A stretch of 41,922 nucleotides of DNA from Octopus bimaculoides (taxonomy: Eukaryota): contig NC_068981.1 in NCBI RefSeq assembly GCF_001194135.2, forward strand, positions 88,002,978-88,044,899, read 5' to 3'. Under the pieces are notes generated by a model. The model did not search any database. It was given only the letters and a program-made list of their open reading frames with translations, and was not told where the DNA came from. This document shows, in pieces, positions 1 through 12,900 of the stretch. Position 1 is the stretch's first letter; every line of letters begins with the position of its first letter. The position numbers and the translations under genes were made by a program.

Positions 1-79
1 AAACGGATGGCGATATCTATGGCACACATAGAACAAAAAACCGGAGGGAAAAGCGTAAACAAAACAAGTCTTTAGTTAA

Positions 80-142
80 TTGGATACGAATCGTTTCATG
101 GTTAAGTGAATGAAAATTTCACTATTCCAATCTTCAGCCCAA
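80..142 (-). ncRNA. candidate minimal type I hammerhead ribozyme in a CpG-rich small element (about 1-271, abutting (TA)n)
   Basis: minus strand: ttggg CTGAAGA t-tgg..agtgaa..ttcact..cca-t GAAA cga-t-tcg TA tccaa. Intact core, 5-bp stem I (ttggg/tccaa), extended stem II with a U-U first pair, 3-bp stem III with a 1-nt loop, GUA cleavage triplet. Folded by eye. Confidence 0.55.
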
Positions 143-268
143 ATATTCTGATAAATTTGAAAGTGTCTCTAAAAAAAATTCACGGTAATTTTTGGCCATG
201 CGACACCAAAAATCAACGATAAGAAAGGCACTTACGAATTCATCGGCTAGTGAGTTCAGGCATCTCAC

Positions 269-271
<3 letters not shown>

Positions 272-302
<31 letters not shown>
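272..302. repeat. (TA)n microsatellite
   Basis: direct reading. Confidence 0.95.
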
Positions 303-307
<5 letters not shown>

Positions 308-454
308 TTACAGACAGGAAACCAAAAGATGGGGAGAAAATAGTGTAGAGAAGAGTCGCATCAAAAAGATTAAGATAAACTTACTTGGAACTGGACGTTC
401 ATCATCATCATCATTGTCAATCAAATAATAATATAAATACATACATATATATAA

Positions 455-680
455 TATGTGTGTGTGAGTGAGTCTGCGTCTTTGTCTCCTTGTCTTGATA
501 GTGTGATAGTTGTAAATGAGTGTCACTGTCATACAAGCAGTGTCATTCACTTCCAACATTCTGCAAAAATGTCTTGCCATGAGGAAATATTACCTTGCAT
601 GGAAACAAGAAAGGCATCCAGGTGTTGAAAATCTGCCTCAAACTGTCCCACCCATGCAAGTTTGGAAAATTAGACTAAAA
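455..680 (+). mobile_element. 3' part of tRNA-derived SINE with RTE-type tail
   Basis: ends ...ggcatccaggtgttgaaaatctgcc...cccatgcaagtttggaaaattagac, similar to the 3' end of the RTE LINE at 36700-36890 and the SINE at 22320-22680. Confidence 0.6.
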
Positions 681-863
681 TAATGACATTGATAACATTA
701 ATGAGAACGATACTGGAGTTGATTCAATCACTAAATTCTCTCCCTCACAAAATTGTTTTGGATAATATGGTTAAAATGTCCTACACAGTTGTGCCACAGG
801 TTAAAAATCAAAAGATTCCTAGTGATATCTGTATATATATATATACATAGTAAAAATACTTAC

Positions 864-968
864 ACAATTTCATTTTTGGTTAACATTTTGCCTTCAGCCA
901 TAATCTCAGCTACTTTTGCTACAATTGGATCGTGATTCAAACTTGCAACTGCCAATATCTCTTCTCCT
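864..968 (-). CDS. AIFM3: AIFM3-like exon (GEEILAVASLNHDPIVAKVAEIMAEGKMLTKNEIV), last exon identified
   Basis: acceptor ttttctttgtag, donor gtaagt; phase 2/2; matches the AVASxNxDPIVxKVAE C-terminal motif. Confidence 0.94.
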
Positions 969-3900
969 CTACAAAGAAAAGCAGAACAATTACTTTGAAG
1001 GAGGTTGAGTTTAAGTGAGAACATGAATGAAATATATCTTTAAAAAACTCCTTCAATTAACAAAGCACCCAAACAATAAAATAAGTCGCAAAAATTTCAA
1101 TATTTAAAGATATTATGTCTGTGAGATTAAGTTACGGACTACTGACTAATCATCTGCCCAAATTTTACTATAGCTGTTATGTAATGCAAAGCTTACAACT
1201 GATTTCTTTGGTTTTCCTATTCTGCTCTTACTTCACAGCTGAATGGTTAAGTGCTGAGAATAATATATCAAGTCATCCCATAAGTTCTGTCCGATTTTAC
1301 CTTTTTTAAAATTGAATGAAATTTAATAGTATTTTAGAATGTCTAATGGAATTAAAAATTATTTTTATGCATTTGTGTACATTGAAACTAATTAAATATT
1401 ATTTCACAGAATAATACAATTAAAATTTCTTTGATTAAAACCCTTTCTAACATGGAAGTATACAAAGAGCATTTAAGGCACATAATGCTTTATGAGTACA
1501 AAAAAGGAAACTCTGCAAACAAAGCGACTCGAAACATACACTCAGTTTATGGGAAAGAATGCTTGAATGAAAGAACTTGAAGAAGCTGGTTTGCAAAATT
1601 CAGAAGTGGAGATTTCAGCCTTGAAGATGAAGATCGAACAGGAAGTCCAGTTGAGTTTGATGATAAGCTCCTTGAGGCATTACTTGAAGAAAATCCTGCA
1701 TTATCAGTTGAAGAATTGGCAATAAAGCTTAGTTCAAACCATACAACTGTTCATTGTCATCTTCAACAACTTGGAAAGGTTCCTAAACTTGGAAAATGGG
1801 TGCCTCATGAATTGTCCGAAAGCAACTGCAAATCCCAAGTTGACATCCGCCCTTCTCTCCAATCTCGCAAACTCATTTCATCCTTTTTGAATAGACTTGT
1901 GACTGGTGATGAAAAATGAATCTTCTATCGAAATGTTAAACGTCGTAAACAGTGTCTTGGTAAAAGGGAAAACGCTCAACCACAACGGAAAAATGGTTCT
2001 TCTCTCTAGCTGGTTGGATTGCAAAGGAGTAATTCACTTTGAATTCTTACCACCTAATGCAACAATCAATGCTCAAGTCTACTGTCAGCAATTAGAGCGT
2101 TTGAACCAGCTTTGAAGAAAAAAAGACCAGCTTTAGTAAATCGAAAAGGTGTGATGCTTCATCAGGACAATGCGTGACTCCACACTGCAAAGATCACATC
2201 ACAGAAGATCGAAGAGCTTGGTTGGGAAAAAATTCCTCATCCACCTTATTCTCTCGACCTTGCTTCTTCAGACTACCATTTGTTTCGTAGTTTACAGAAT
2301 CATTTGGGGGACATAACTTTCGCAAGCCAGGGGGAGGTCGAAACTGACATTTCAGAGTTTTTCGCTTTGAAACAGAAAGAGTTTTACATTGATGGGATTA
2401 AAAAGCTTGTAAATAGATGGAAGGAAGTCATAGATAATCAGGAAAAGTACATTAATGATTAAATTTCAATTAAATATAACATTTGATCACTTGTTTTCTT
2501 TATTCAAAATTCGGACAGAACTTATGGGATGACCTGATACAATTTGAGGTCAATTGGTCTAACAAAAATCTAACCTTGTATGCTAGCACAGAAAAATAGA
2601 TGTGAAACAACAAAAAATATATATACATAATGCAATAATATTAGGTATTTAAGAAAAAAAAGAGAAATTTGAAGCAAGGTTATTAATCATCCAACTCACT
2701 TTGTGTAGAAGCAAGCTATTTTCTCATCATCTCCATGGACAACAATATCATTATAATCCTTTCCATAACCTGCAGATTAAAATAAATTTGGATCTAATCT
2801 GAGCAACTTAATATTCATTGAATTTATTGTAAAACAATTGTCAAAAAACATAGCAAAAAAAAAGAAAAGAAAGTTTAGGAGATAATTGTAGAGTTTTCAT
2901 TTAATCAGAGGCAATGTCTTTCTGAGTCAATTGATTTGTCTCTTTCAAAGAGTATTGTCTAACTTTTTCTAACTGTTTATTTAACCTGATGAAGTCAGTT
3001 TAGTTGATACATAGAAATTTTTAAGGCAGATAAGAGTTTCAGAGAATTAGGAAGGATTAGGAGAAGATTGGAGCATTATTTGTAAATGAGACAATCATAT
3101 CAGGAGTGATAGAGCTTGCTAATCAAACCAAATAAATGTATAGTTCTTTGAAATACTTTGCCAATTTTCTTTTTAATCAAAAATCAGAAAACTTTATGCA
3201 TTTAATAAAAATCGAGGTTATTTGTATATGTAGTGAACTGATAAATTTTACATAGATTTGATACAAAACGGTTTGGTACTTTGGAAAGTTATACAATTAA
3301 CCAAATTATGCAATTATCTGTTTTGCAATAAGTGGAATAGTGTGTGTATATATATAATATATAGCTATAGTTAAAGTTAAGAATGCAAATGTTCAATTCT
3401 GTTTCACTCTATAGTGCTCATTATAATTATTATTGTTATTCATTTAGCTATCTATTTAGCAGTATGTTATAGGAAAGTTAAGAAATCCAATTGTTCAACT
3501 CTTATAGCCCGGAATTTATGATAAATGTTCTTAAACTTGCTTTAAAATATTCCCAATTTAACATAAACACACTGTAATTTTTCTTTCACTTCACATGTAA
3601 AGTAGATGGGACGATATTAAACAGAGATGTTACATTCATATTAGATAGAAATTTTCATTAATCTTATGAAACTCCAAAAGACAAACCTGCATAGCGGATA
3701 CTTTTACCAAACATCATCGTCCAAAAACAGGGCACACTTCTGATTTTGATATTCTTTCCCAGCATGTTAAGTGCTGCATTCTTTCCTACAAAAATTTCAA
3801 AGAAATATCTAACTTGAAGCAGAATATGATAGATTTAGAATATCAGATATAGTATAAAATACAGAACACATACTAGCTATTCCTAATAGAATGTACTTCA

Positions 3901-6900
3901 CTTCTGACCTGTCAGAGATAGCTAAATAGGTAACTGAAATTATCCTTTTATACAATATTGTTGTCTTAATTTGTTTATGCTTTTGTATTAGGTGAAACTG
4001 TATTGAGGTAGATTTTTCCATAGTCAGATGTTATTCCTATCACCAAACTACACTGGTTTCTAAATATGGTGATATTCAGTCTTTTAAGTAACAACAGCTA
4101 GAACATGCTTTTGTGGAGGACTGTAAAAAACTGACAATGCATGCACAATGGCTTTCATTTACAATCAATGTACACATATCAAGAGAAGGGGAATACATAC
4201 AGATATAACGTGTAGCCTTCAATTGCAAGTATGACCTGGTAGCCTTTCACTAATTGCTATAGGTGTTAATGTGAGTAGATATAGAGACTGTCTCATCTTG
4301 ACTCACTCTTCACTCAGCAGAACATTGAGAGTGTGACAGATGGAAGGAGTGACAGCTGTACCAATAGTTCGGTGGTACTTATTTTCAGCTGAGTAAACTG
4401 AAGCAATGTGAAATGAGTGTCTTGCTCAAGGACACAATGTATTAGCTGTTCCAGGAACCAAACTCACTACCTTATGATCATGAGCCCAACATTCTAACTA
4501 CGAGATCGTGCATTGTCAAACAATCCCCTGCCTCCCTTCCATCAACCACTCTTTCACAATCTCATGAACTCACCCACTCACTCTCTCCAATCTCTGGCCC
4601 ACTCACCATCATTACCATCTTCTCTGTTTCATCACTCTTCTCTCTTGAGGCAGCATGATTCCCCTCCAATACAAGACTCTTTTTTCTTCTCTCTTACTTT
4701 CCCCCACTCCAGTTGAGAGCAACCTCTAAACTTGAATGACATGTCACTACAAACATTAAATCTCACTCTCACTGAGGCCCCTGGCTTAGCAAAGGCTGCA
4801 TCACAAAGATTGATCTGTTTCTTTAGGGACAGGAAATATTTCAATCCCCAACATCTATTAATCCTTTACGTAGCTCAGGTGAAACCCACAATGAAATACT
4901 GCTTCTACTCATACTGGCATCTTAGACTACATCTGTAAAAAGGTCATGCAACTGACAGCTTCAAAGTCACTCACCAACATACTCGAGTCTCTGCTTCACA
5001 GATTTGTCATATATATATATCTATCTCTCTTTCTCACTTTCTGTCATTTCTACTGATGGCACAATTCTGAATTGACCATAAACTGATTGAATTTATGATC
5101 AATTTAATCGATTTTAAAATTGACTGAAGAACTTGTTACAAAAGTAACAAGGACTTACCTGGGAACTTGTGTAACAAGTTCTGAGCAAAGACACTATAAG
5201 TTGTTTTTGTATCGACCAGTTTATGTGAACCAGTACTCTATAATTAGCCCTTATAACATTAGGTCAATATATCAGATATAATAAGATAGCCAAAACATTA
5301 CAGGGCAGTATATTAGTCTAAAAATGCAACCCACTTCTATTGTTTTCTGACCAAATAAGCTTAATTTCAATGTTCACTTTTCTATGCTTGCATGGGTTGG
5401 ATGGGTATTTTTTATTGAAGTAGATTTACTATGGTCAAATGTCCTTCCTAGCACCAACTTTTAAGGTAATGTTAGAAATGAATGACACAGTTAGTATGAC
5501 AATGTCAATCACTCTATGACTGTCATGCAATGCCAATACAAAGACACACACACATACACACAGTGTTTTCTTTAAGTTTCCATCTACCAAATCCCATTGA
5601 CAAAGATTTGGTTATTCTGGGGTTATAATAGGCACTTGCCCAAAGTGTCACACAATGGCATTGAACCTGAAACATTGTGGTTGGGAAGCAAACTTCTTAA
5701 CCACATAGTTATACCTGCAACTCTGTGTAGTTAAACAATGCCATTGTGCTAAAAGAGATAAGAAGGACTTACCTTGAGCATGAGCCATCTGCCAATGTTG
5801 CACATTGGAACCATTGTTAGATCTCAGAAACAATGGAAACTCAGTGATGTCTCCAGCAGCATAGATTCCTTCTACATTGGTTTGCATGTACTGAAAAATG
5901 AGAAGGAAAAATGTTAGTATTTTACAGACTTTGTTTTCTTTGAAGAACTGGACATTACAAGTTATAGTAATGCAAATGTGTAGTTATTGTTCCTCCACTA
6001 CAATAATAATAACAAGGATAATCTTTTCTGGTATAGGCAGAGGGGCTGAAATTTTTGTGGGAGGGGCTAGTCAATTTCATTAACCATAGTGGTCAATTGG
6101 TTCTTATTTTATCAACCCCATTCCCAAAGGATGAAAGGTGAAGTTGACTTCAGTGGAATTTGAACTCTGAACATAAAGCCAAAAGAAATTCTAAGCATTT
6201 TTCCTGGTTTGCCAACAATTCTGCCATGTCACCATCATAATAATTGTAATAATAATGACGACGACGACGACGACAACAACAACGAGGACTCAGCACAAAC
6301 CTCTGCCAAGGCAACACCAACGTCTTCTCAACGATTAGCCAGAGATGATTTTTAAAATGAGAATATCTGAAATAAACTCAACTGCTCTCACAAATGAGAA
6401 TACTAAAAATGAACCCGGCCACACTCAAAAGTTAAGTAAAAGAACAGGAAAAATAATCCAGAATTCTGGTCTAGTACCAGATTGATCCCAAAATCTAATC
6501 AGTTTGTGCCAGTCACGAGGCCAAACATCCCTGAAAGTTTCATCTGAACCCATCCAGTGGTTCTTGAGATATTTGTCCACAGACAAACAAACACAACTGA
6601 AAACAATACCTCCACCTTTGCTAAGGTGGAGGTAATAATCCTTTTTACTATAGGTACAAGGCCTGAAATTTGTGGGAGGGTGATAGTAGATTACATCAAC
6701 ACCAGTGCATAACTGGTACTTAGTTTATTGACCCCCAAAAGGATGAAAAGCAAAGTCAACTTTGGCGGAATTTGAACTCCTAATGTAAAGNNNNNNNNNN
6801 GGAGGTAATAATCCTTTTTACTATAGGTACAAGGCCTGAAATTTGTGGGAGGGTGATAGTAGATTACATCAACACCAGTGCATAACTGGTACTTAGTTTA

Positions 6901-7025
6901 TTGACCCCCAAAAGGATGAAAAGCAAAGTCAACTTTGGCGGAATTTGAACTCCTAATGTAAAGGTGGATGAAATGCTGCTAAGCATTTTGCCCAGTGCAC
7001 TAATGATTCTGTCAATTTGCCACCT

Positions 7026-7061
<36 letters not shown>

Positions 7062-9871
7062 AACTACTAATAATAATAATAATAATAGTTTCAAATTTTG
7101 TCACAAGGACGGCAGTTTAGTGGAAGGGAATGTGTTGATTACACTGACTCTGGAAGGATGAAAGGCAAAGTCGACCCTGGTGGCATTTGAACTCAGAATG
7201 TAAAGTTCGTCGAAATACTGCTAAGCATTTTGCCCAGTGTGCTAATGATTCTGCCAGCTTGCCACCCTAATGATAATAATAATGGTTTCAAGTTTAGTCA
7301 CAATGGCCTGCAATTTTAGTAATAGGAGATTTGTTAATTACATCAAACTAATAATACTAACAATAATCATAATATGAAAGGTTTCTGATTTAGGCACAGG
7401 GCCAGCAATTTTGAGGGTAGCAGTAGACAATATCATTGACAAGTCCTTAATTGGTACTTTGCTTTTCATGCCAACAGGGCTGCTTAAACAAAGTTGATCT
7501 CAGTGGGATTTGAACACAGAATGTAAAGAGCCAGAACAAATGCTACAAGGCATTTTGCCTGACAATAAAATTCTGCCAATCCACCAATATATTTATTGTT
7601 TGTTTACTGTGATTTTTAATTCTGGCAAAAATCAGACTGAATCAACCCAATAACAGGTATGTTATCAACCCTGGTAAGGTCCTAGCAATCTACGATTACA
7701 TTTTACCAGTGATTTCTGACAATAGTCAATACCCTGGAGAAGGATGAACTTTGCTACAGTTTGTACATAGCACTTGCACCAATTTTTCAATACGAAAAAC
7801 AAATATGTAGTGACAGATTTTTTTTTTCTCAATAATTACTTTTTAAAATATTCACTAATGTTTTTAATTAACTTACTTCATTAACACAAACGAACCCATA
7901 TGAATTTTTTTGCAAAGGTGTACCTTCGAGATATGCTGTTGCTGGTGTAACTCCTTTTAAAGAAAACAAAAAGAGAAAAAAATTCAAGCAACAAGAAAAA
8001 TTTGAATGGGTACAATTTAAATATTAATTTGAGTGTTATCCTTGGGGGGGGGGGGATAGAGCAGTCTAGTAAAGAATGCTTTTGTTTTTTATAGGTTCAG
8101 ATCACCAGATATCATAAGACCGTGAAAGCCATACTTTCTCAAAAATATTAGCAATGTAAGCAAAATGAAGTTCTTACATTATTTGATGGCATAAAAGATG
8201 GATGGATCAACAAAACAGATATTTGATGTATCATCATATAAGTACTATCGTTAATAACATTAGGAAACTGAATTTCTCGTCAACAGAACTCTAAATACTT
8301 TTGCCTAACGCTTTAGTATTTATATATAGTATCTCTCAGACATATATCTGATAGTTAAGCCATTCTCCATCTGTTGTGGTCCTACTGAATCTGTCTTGAA
8401 TGCTTTTAATCATAGGTTTACTCAGGGCCAAATACGAGCTAAATAACAATAGATCTACAAGAGCAAGCAAAACAGGGATCCTGTGATTTACAGATGCTTC
8501 CCTCAATTTTATACATATAGCTTTTTTGGAAAAAAGTGCATCTTATATGCCATAGAATTTTAGAACCTCAGTTTACAAAGAACTTACCTCAACTCAACAT
8601 TGATCATGTTTGTAACTGATTGAGGAACTCCATGAAATAAATATTGCTACTGCGATACTTGAGTGTCGTCAAAGGCAGGACAGAGTTCAATAGTTGGCCA
8701 ATAGTGATGGGAAGAGTTATTATGCCATGAATGTTATCAGTCTAACTACATGGTGAAGTTCACAGAACCAATACTCTAAATATACCATGTTCTCATCTAG
8801 TTCAGGACCTCATTGCACATTGACATGCAGTGGTTTATAGTATTGAGTGCAATGTAGAATTGTCACATTGCACTTGAACTGAGGTTCTAAGATTTAATGA
8901 CATATAAGATGCACTTTTTCCAAAAACATGTCTCAAAAAAGCCATATGTATAAAATTGAGGGAAGCATCTATAAATCACTGGATCCTTGTTTTGACTGGT
9001 CTTGTAGATCTATTGCTATTCAGTCCTGAGTTGGCTCTGATTAAGTAAACTTACAATTAAAAGCATTCAAGACAGATTGAATAAGACCACAACAGATGAT
9101 GGAGAATGGCTTAACCATCAAATATATACCTGAGAGTTACTATATATAAATACTAAAGCATTAGGCTTAAGTATTTAGAATTCTCTTAACAAGAAACTCA
9201 GAGTTTCCTCAGTGTTATTAATGATAGTACTTCTATGATGATATATCAAAATAACTGTTTTGCTGATCTAAATCCATGAACACAGAAAGACAGAGCATCT
9301 TCACTATCAAATGAGCCGCTGATTCTATGACTTCCTTTCTATTATAAATTTCATATTAACTATGTTGAGCTGTATGTATATCTCTGTATTTCAGACAAGA
9401 ATGGTATTACAATATTAGAAATAGTATGGGTAAATGCTGAAGACGGACCATCCACTTGGGTCAGCTTTGCATGGATACACACATATAACCAAGTAATTAT
9501 TTAACACCAATTCATAGGTCAACTACTTTGGATATGCCATGTTATAATCTAGTCTGGAGGATCATACTGCACTCTGCCATATTCTGCTGCTAACAGCATT
9601 GTACACCTATCTTGCTATCTACTCTATTTACATATAATAAAAGACTCAAGTGATGGCTATTTTTGAGGAGTTAGTCAGCAAAAAAGTCAATTCAAGGAGC
9701 TTCTCATACAGTAGCAGCAACACATACTCCTGAGGAAGTGCGGGATTTTTTTTATCTCAGAAGTGGCAAGTGAGATTAGAATGCCTAGTATAGACTTTGA
9801 GAAGATAGAGAACTGTTTTGGTAAGAGCGAATAGATGAATAAAAGTGATCTTTAAAAAGTAGAACAAGATG

Positions 9872-9922
<51 letters not shown>

Positions 9923-12900
9923 TAGAAAGAGAGAGAGTTCATAAACGAAAGAAATATTATTTAAAACTGGTTTCAAGATAGGCTGGGTACAACCAAAAAT
10001 TTCAAAGAAACAGTTCACTGTAGTTTCAAAAAGAGTAAAAAAAAAAACAATAAGCCCTACAGTGGATCATGTTCTGACAGCTAGACAAAGCTTATCTTCC
10101 TTCAGTATGTTAAAATAAGTACAAAACTGTAACGATAAAGAATATTAATGAATAGTTACCAATTCCAACAACACAAACATCAGCTGGTAGTTCCTCACCA
10201 TTGGCTAAAACAACAGATACCAACTTGCCATCCTTTCCTTTAAGTTCTGCTGCTGAGGTGTTGAACTGGAATTTCACACCTTTATCTATATGTAACTGTG
10301 AAAGAAACATTATGCAAAGAAACTTCATATATTTATGGCAGTTGATTTCATTTTTGTTTTCATGTTTAGTTGCATGTAATTCATTACCTCTATCATGTAT
10401 GCACATCTCATTTTCAACCAACGAGGGTCAAGTGTTCACATGATAATTCTGAAAAATTCCTGCTTTATAAGAAGCTGATTTAGGTGCAATATTTCAGAGA
10501 AAATTCAGACTCTCTTTGCTCAGTCCTAGATAAATTCTGCTCTCAAAAGCTGTTTTCACAGCTACATACTCAAACCAGTGTGATTTTCCAAATAGCTTTT
10601 TTCACAGTCAATTACCAACTCGGAGATGGTGAAGAATCAATACCATATGTTTTTGCAGCAATGTGCCTGTCAGTTAGTCATTAAGATTTCAACACCTGTA
10701 AATATGATTTTGATAATTTGACACTGTCTGTTTTCATGAAGCCCTGTACAACTGTAGCAATAAATATGCATATAAACTGCCACCAAGTCTTGTCACACCA
10801 CACACAACATATCCATACATGTATGTACCTTAATTAGTATTAATACCACTGCATATTGCCAAAGACTGGAACTTCATATTTGGTTCGTTTTTTTCATTAT
10901 ATGTTCCTGTTTGTTAATTTCTTTCCAGGTTTTCTTCTCACTTCAATATGGCCTCTTAAAATAGTAAGTTTTTCTCTAATCATATCTGTAACATCAGACT
11001 ATTTGGTTTGTTGACAGAATAAAAATCTGTGTGTAGTTCAAATACAAAAATATTTAATTATTCACAGAAAAATACTGTTGTTGCAACAATCACTGAAAAG
11101 ATATATTTGCACTAAAAGAATCAATTTGTGAGTGTCTGGGCAAGATGTTTGCATCAGTAATGATAGAGGATTGTCGAAGTCACTGAATCTCATAGCTGAA
11201 GTGAGTGGTATAAGTTCCTGCAGGAAGTTGACTTTAGCTGTATCAGTTACCAAACAAATGATCTGCATACACATGCACGTAATGGTCTGTCAAAGAAAGG
11301 GCATCAAAGACAAAATTGTTAATGTCATTCCAGTGTTATTTACTTCTGAGATTCTAACAAGTTAAGCCTTTGCTGGATTGATTGTGTTCTTGCTGGTCAA
11401 CCCAGCTCCTGATAAAAACAAGTTCTTAATGTGACAACCAAAGATGTGAATGGCTAGCTGCTTGCTGATGTCAAAACCCTGTTTTGGTATTTACATTTGG
11501 TTTCTGTTTGAACACAGTGATTCAGGTTCAATTCATATGCATTGAGTTGATGTTGGGACTCTGCTAATATTCCTGCTACATATCTATTGAGATATGAAGA
11601 AGACACTGCCAGAAAGGTGTCAACTGTTACAACCAAATAAAACATATACACTCTCATATATATCAAAACAATTGCAGTTTTTTTATCTACCATCCTAACT
11701 GGAATGAAAAGAAATGGTTAACTTAGGAATTAAACTAACCCTCGCCAATTTACAAAGATGTGTAATACCATTGTTCAGCTCCAGTTTCTAGAGCATTTAG
11801 CCTTAACTGACTACTGGATAGGATGCTGATCCATTACAGGTAGGTATTTTTACAGAATAAATTGAGCTCAAAACTGCAAACAAACAAAATACTGGTCAAT
11901 TCTTCACTGCTGTTGATGCTTACATATCTGGTGTATATAGCTTGCAATGATGTCAGTGTTTGACAAAAATATACTAGAATGATTTCCCATCACCTTCTGC
12001 ATGGAGATGAAGCTGGAGATTTTTATGTGGCAAGTTAATTACAGGCATGACCTTTTGTGCAAGTATTATTAATAGATATGAATTAAAACACTTCTGGCTG
12101 TGATCAAAAGCCAGTGATGAATGTAACTCAATGAGCTTTTGTGTTATTATTCTATGGGACCTTTTCCTAAACATCATGTTTATCTGAGTGAGGAAGCTTA
12201 TCTAGTCATCTTTAAAGATGACTGATGACTTGTGCGGTGACTTAATTTGAAATGAAGCATTGCACACCACCAACTTCACTCTCATCTGTGACCATCTTTG
12301 ATCCAATGGCAAGACCAGGTGAAGATACTTGGGGAAAGAGATGGATGTAGTGGATGACCAAGTTGTCTTGCTTGCCTCATCTTGCTCTCTGCACTCCACA
12401 ATGCATTACTGCAGCCACTTTCCCCTCTGTTGAGCCATGAAGGTTTCTTCAACAGAGTGAGCCAAATCCAGTCTTCATATGCATAAGTAGGCAAGCCCTG
12501 ATATGCTAATTAACCATAGCACCTTGACAGGTGCTACTACTCCAGGTCAAAGTAAACCTGAGAACAATAGAGACTAAGAGGTGGTTCCAGACTCTTCAAA
12601 ACCCTGGAACTCTCAAACGAGTCTCACTACAAGATGTAGCTTGAAGTCATACCTAGGATCCTACACATACACACACATCAACACATTGCATCTCAGATGA
12701 TGAAGATGATAATGATTACAATAACAACAAATACAAGGATGACATACTTGCAGTATTTTTTCAGCCAAATGATTCCCCAAAACAGTCTTGAATGGTAAAT
12801 TTTCTAGACAGATCACAGTGACAGACTTGGCTTGCTCCAAAATTGCAGCAGCGACTTCCATACCTAGTGGGAAGAAACCAAAAACAGCCAATTAGTAATT

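Noticed and set aside
6628-6963. 163-bp direct tandem duplication
   Set aside because: Identical copies separated by exactly 10 N; unmerged contig overlap
9395-9492. Plus-strand exon-like stretch (cag/AC AAG...CAA/gtaatt; KNGITILEIVWVNAEDGPSTWVSFAWIHTYNQ)
   Set aside because: No recognisable homology and no convincing partner exons; expected by chance at this scale
10440-11700. Coding-looking stretches (possible old DNA-transposon or recombinase relic)
   Set aside because: Short ORFs with no recognisable motifs
11950-12660. Possible degraded RTE C-terminus on the minus strand
   Set aside because: No diagnostic motif survives in a single frame
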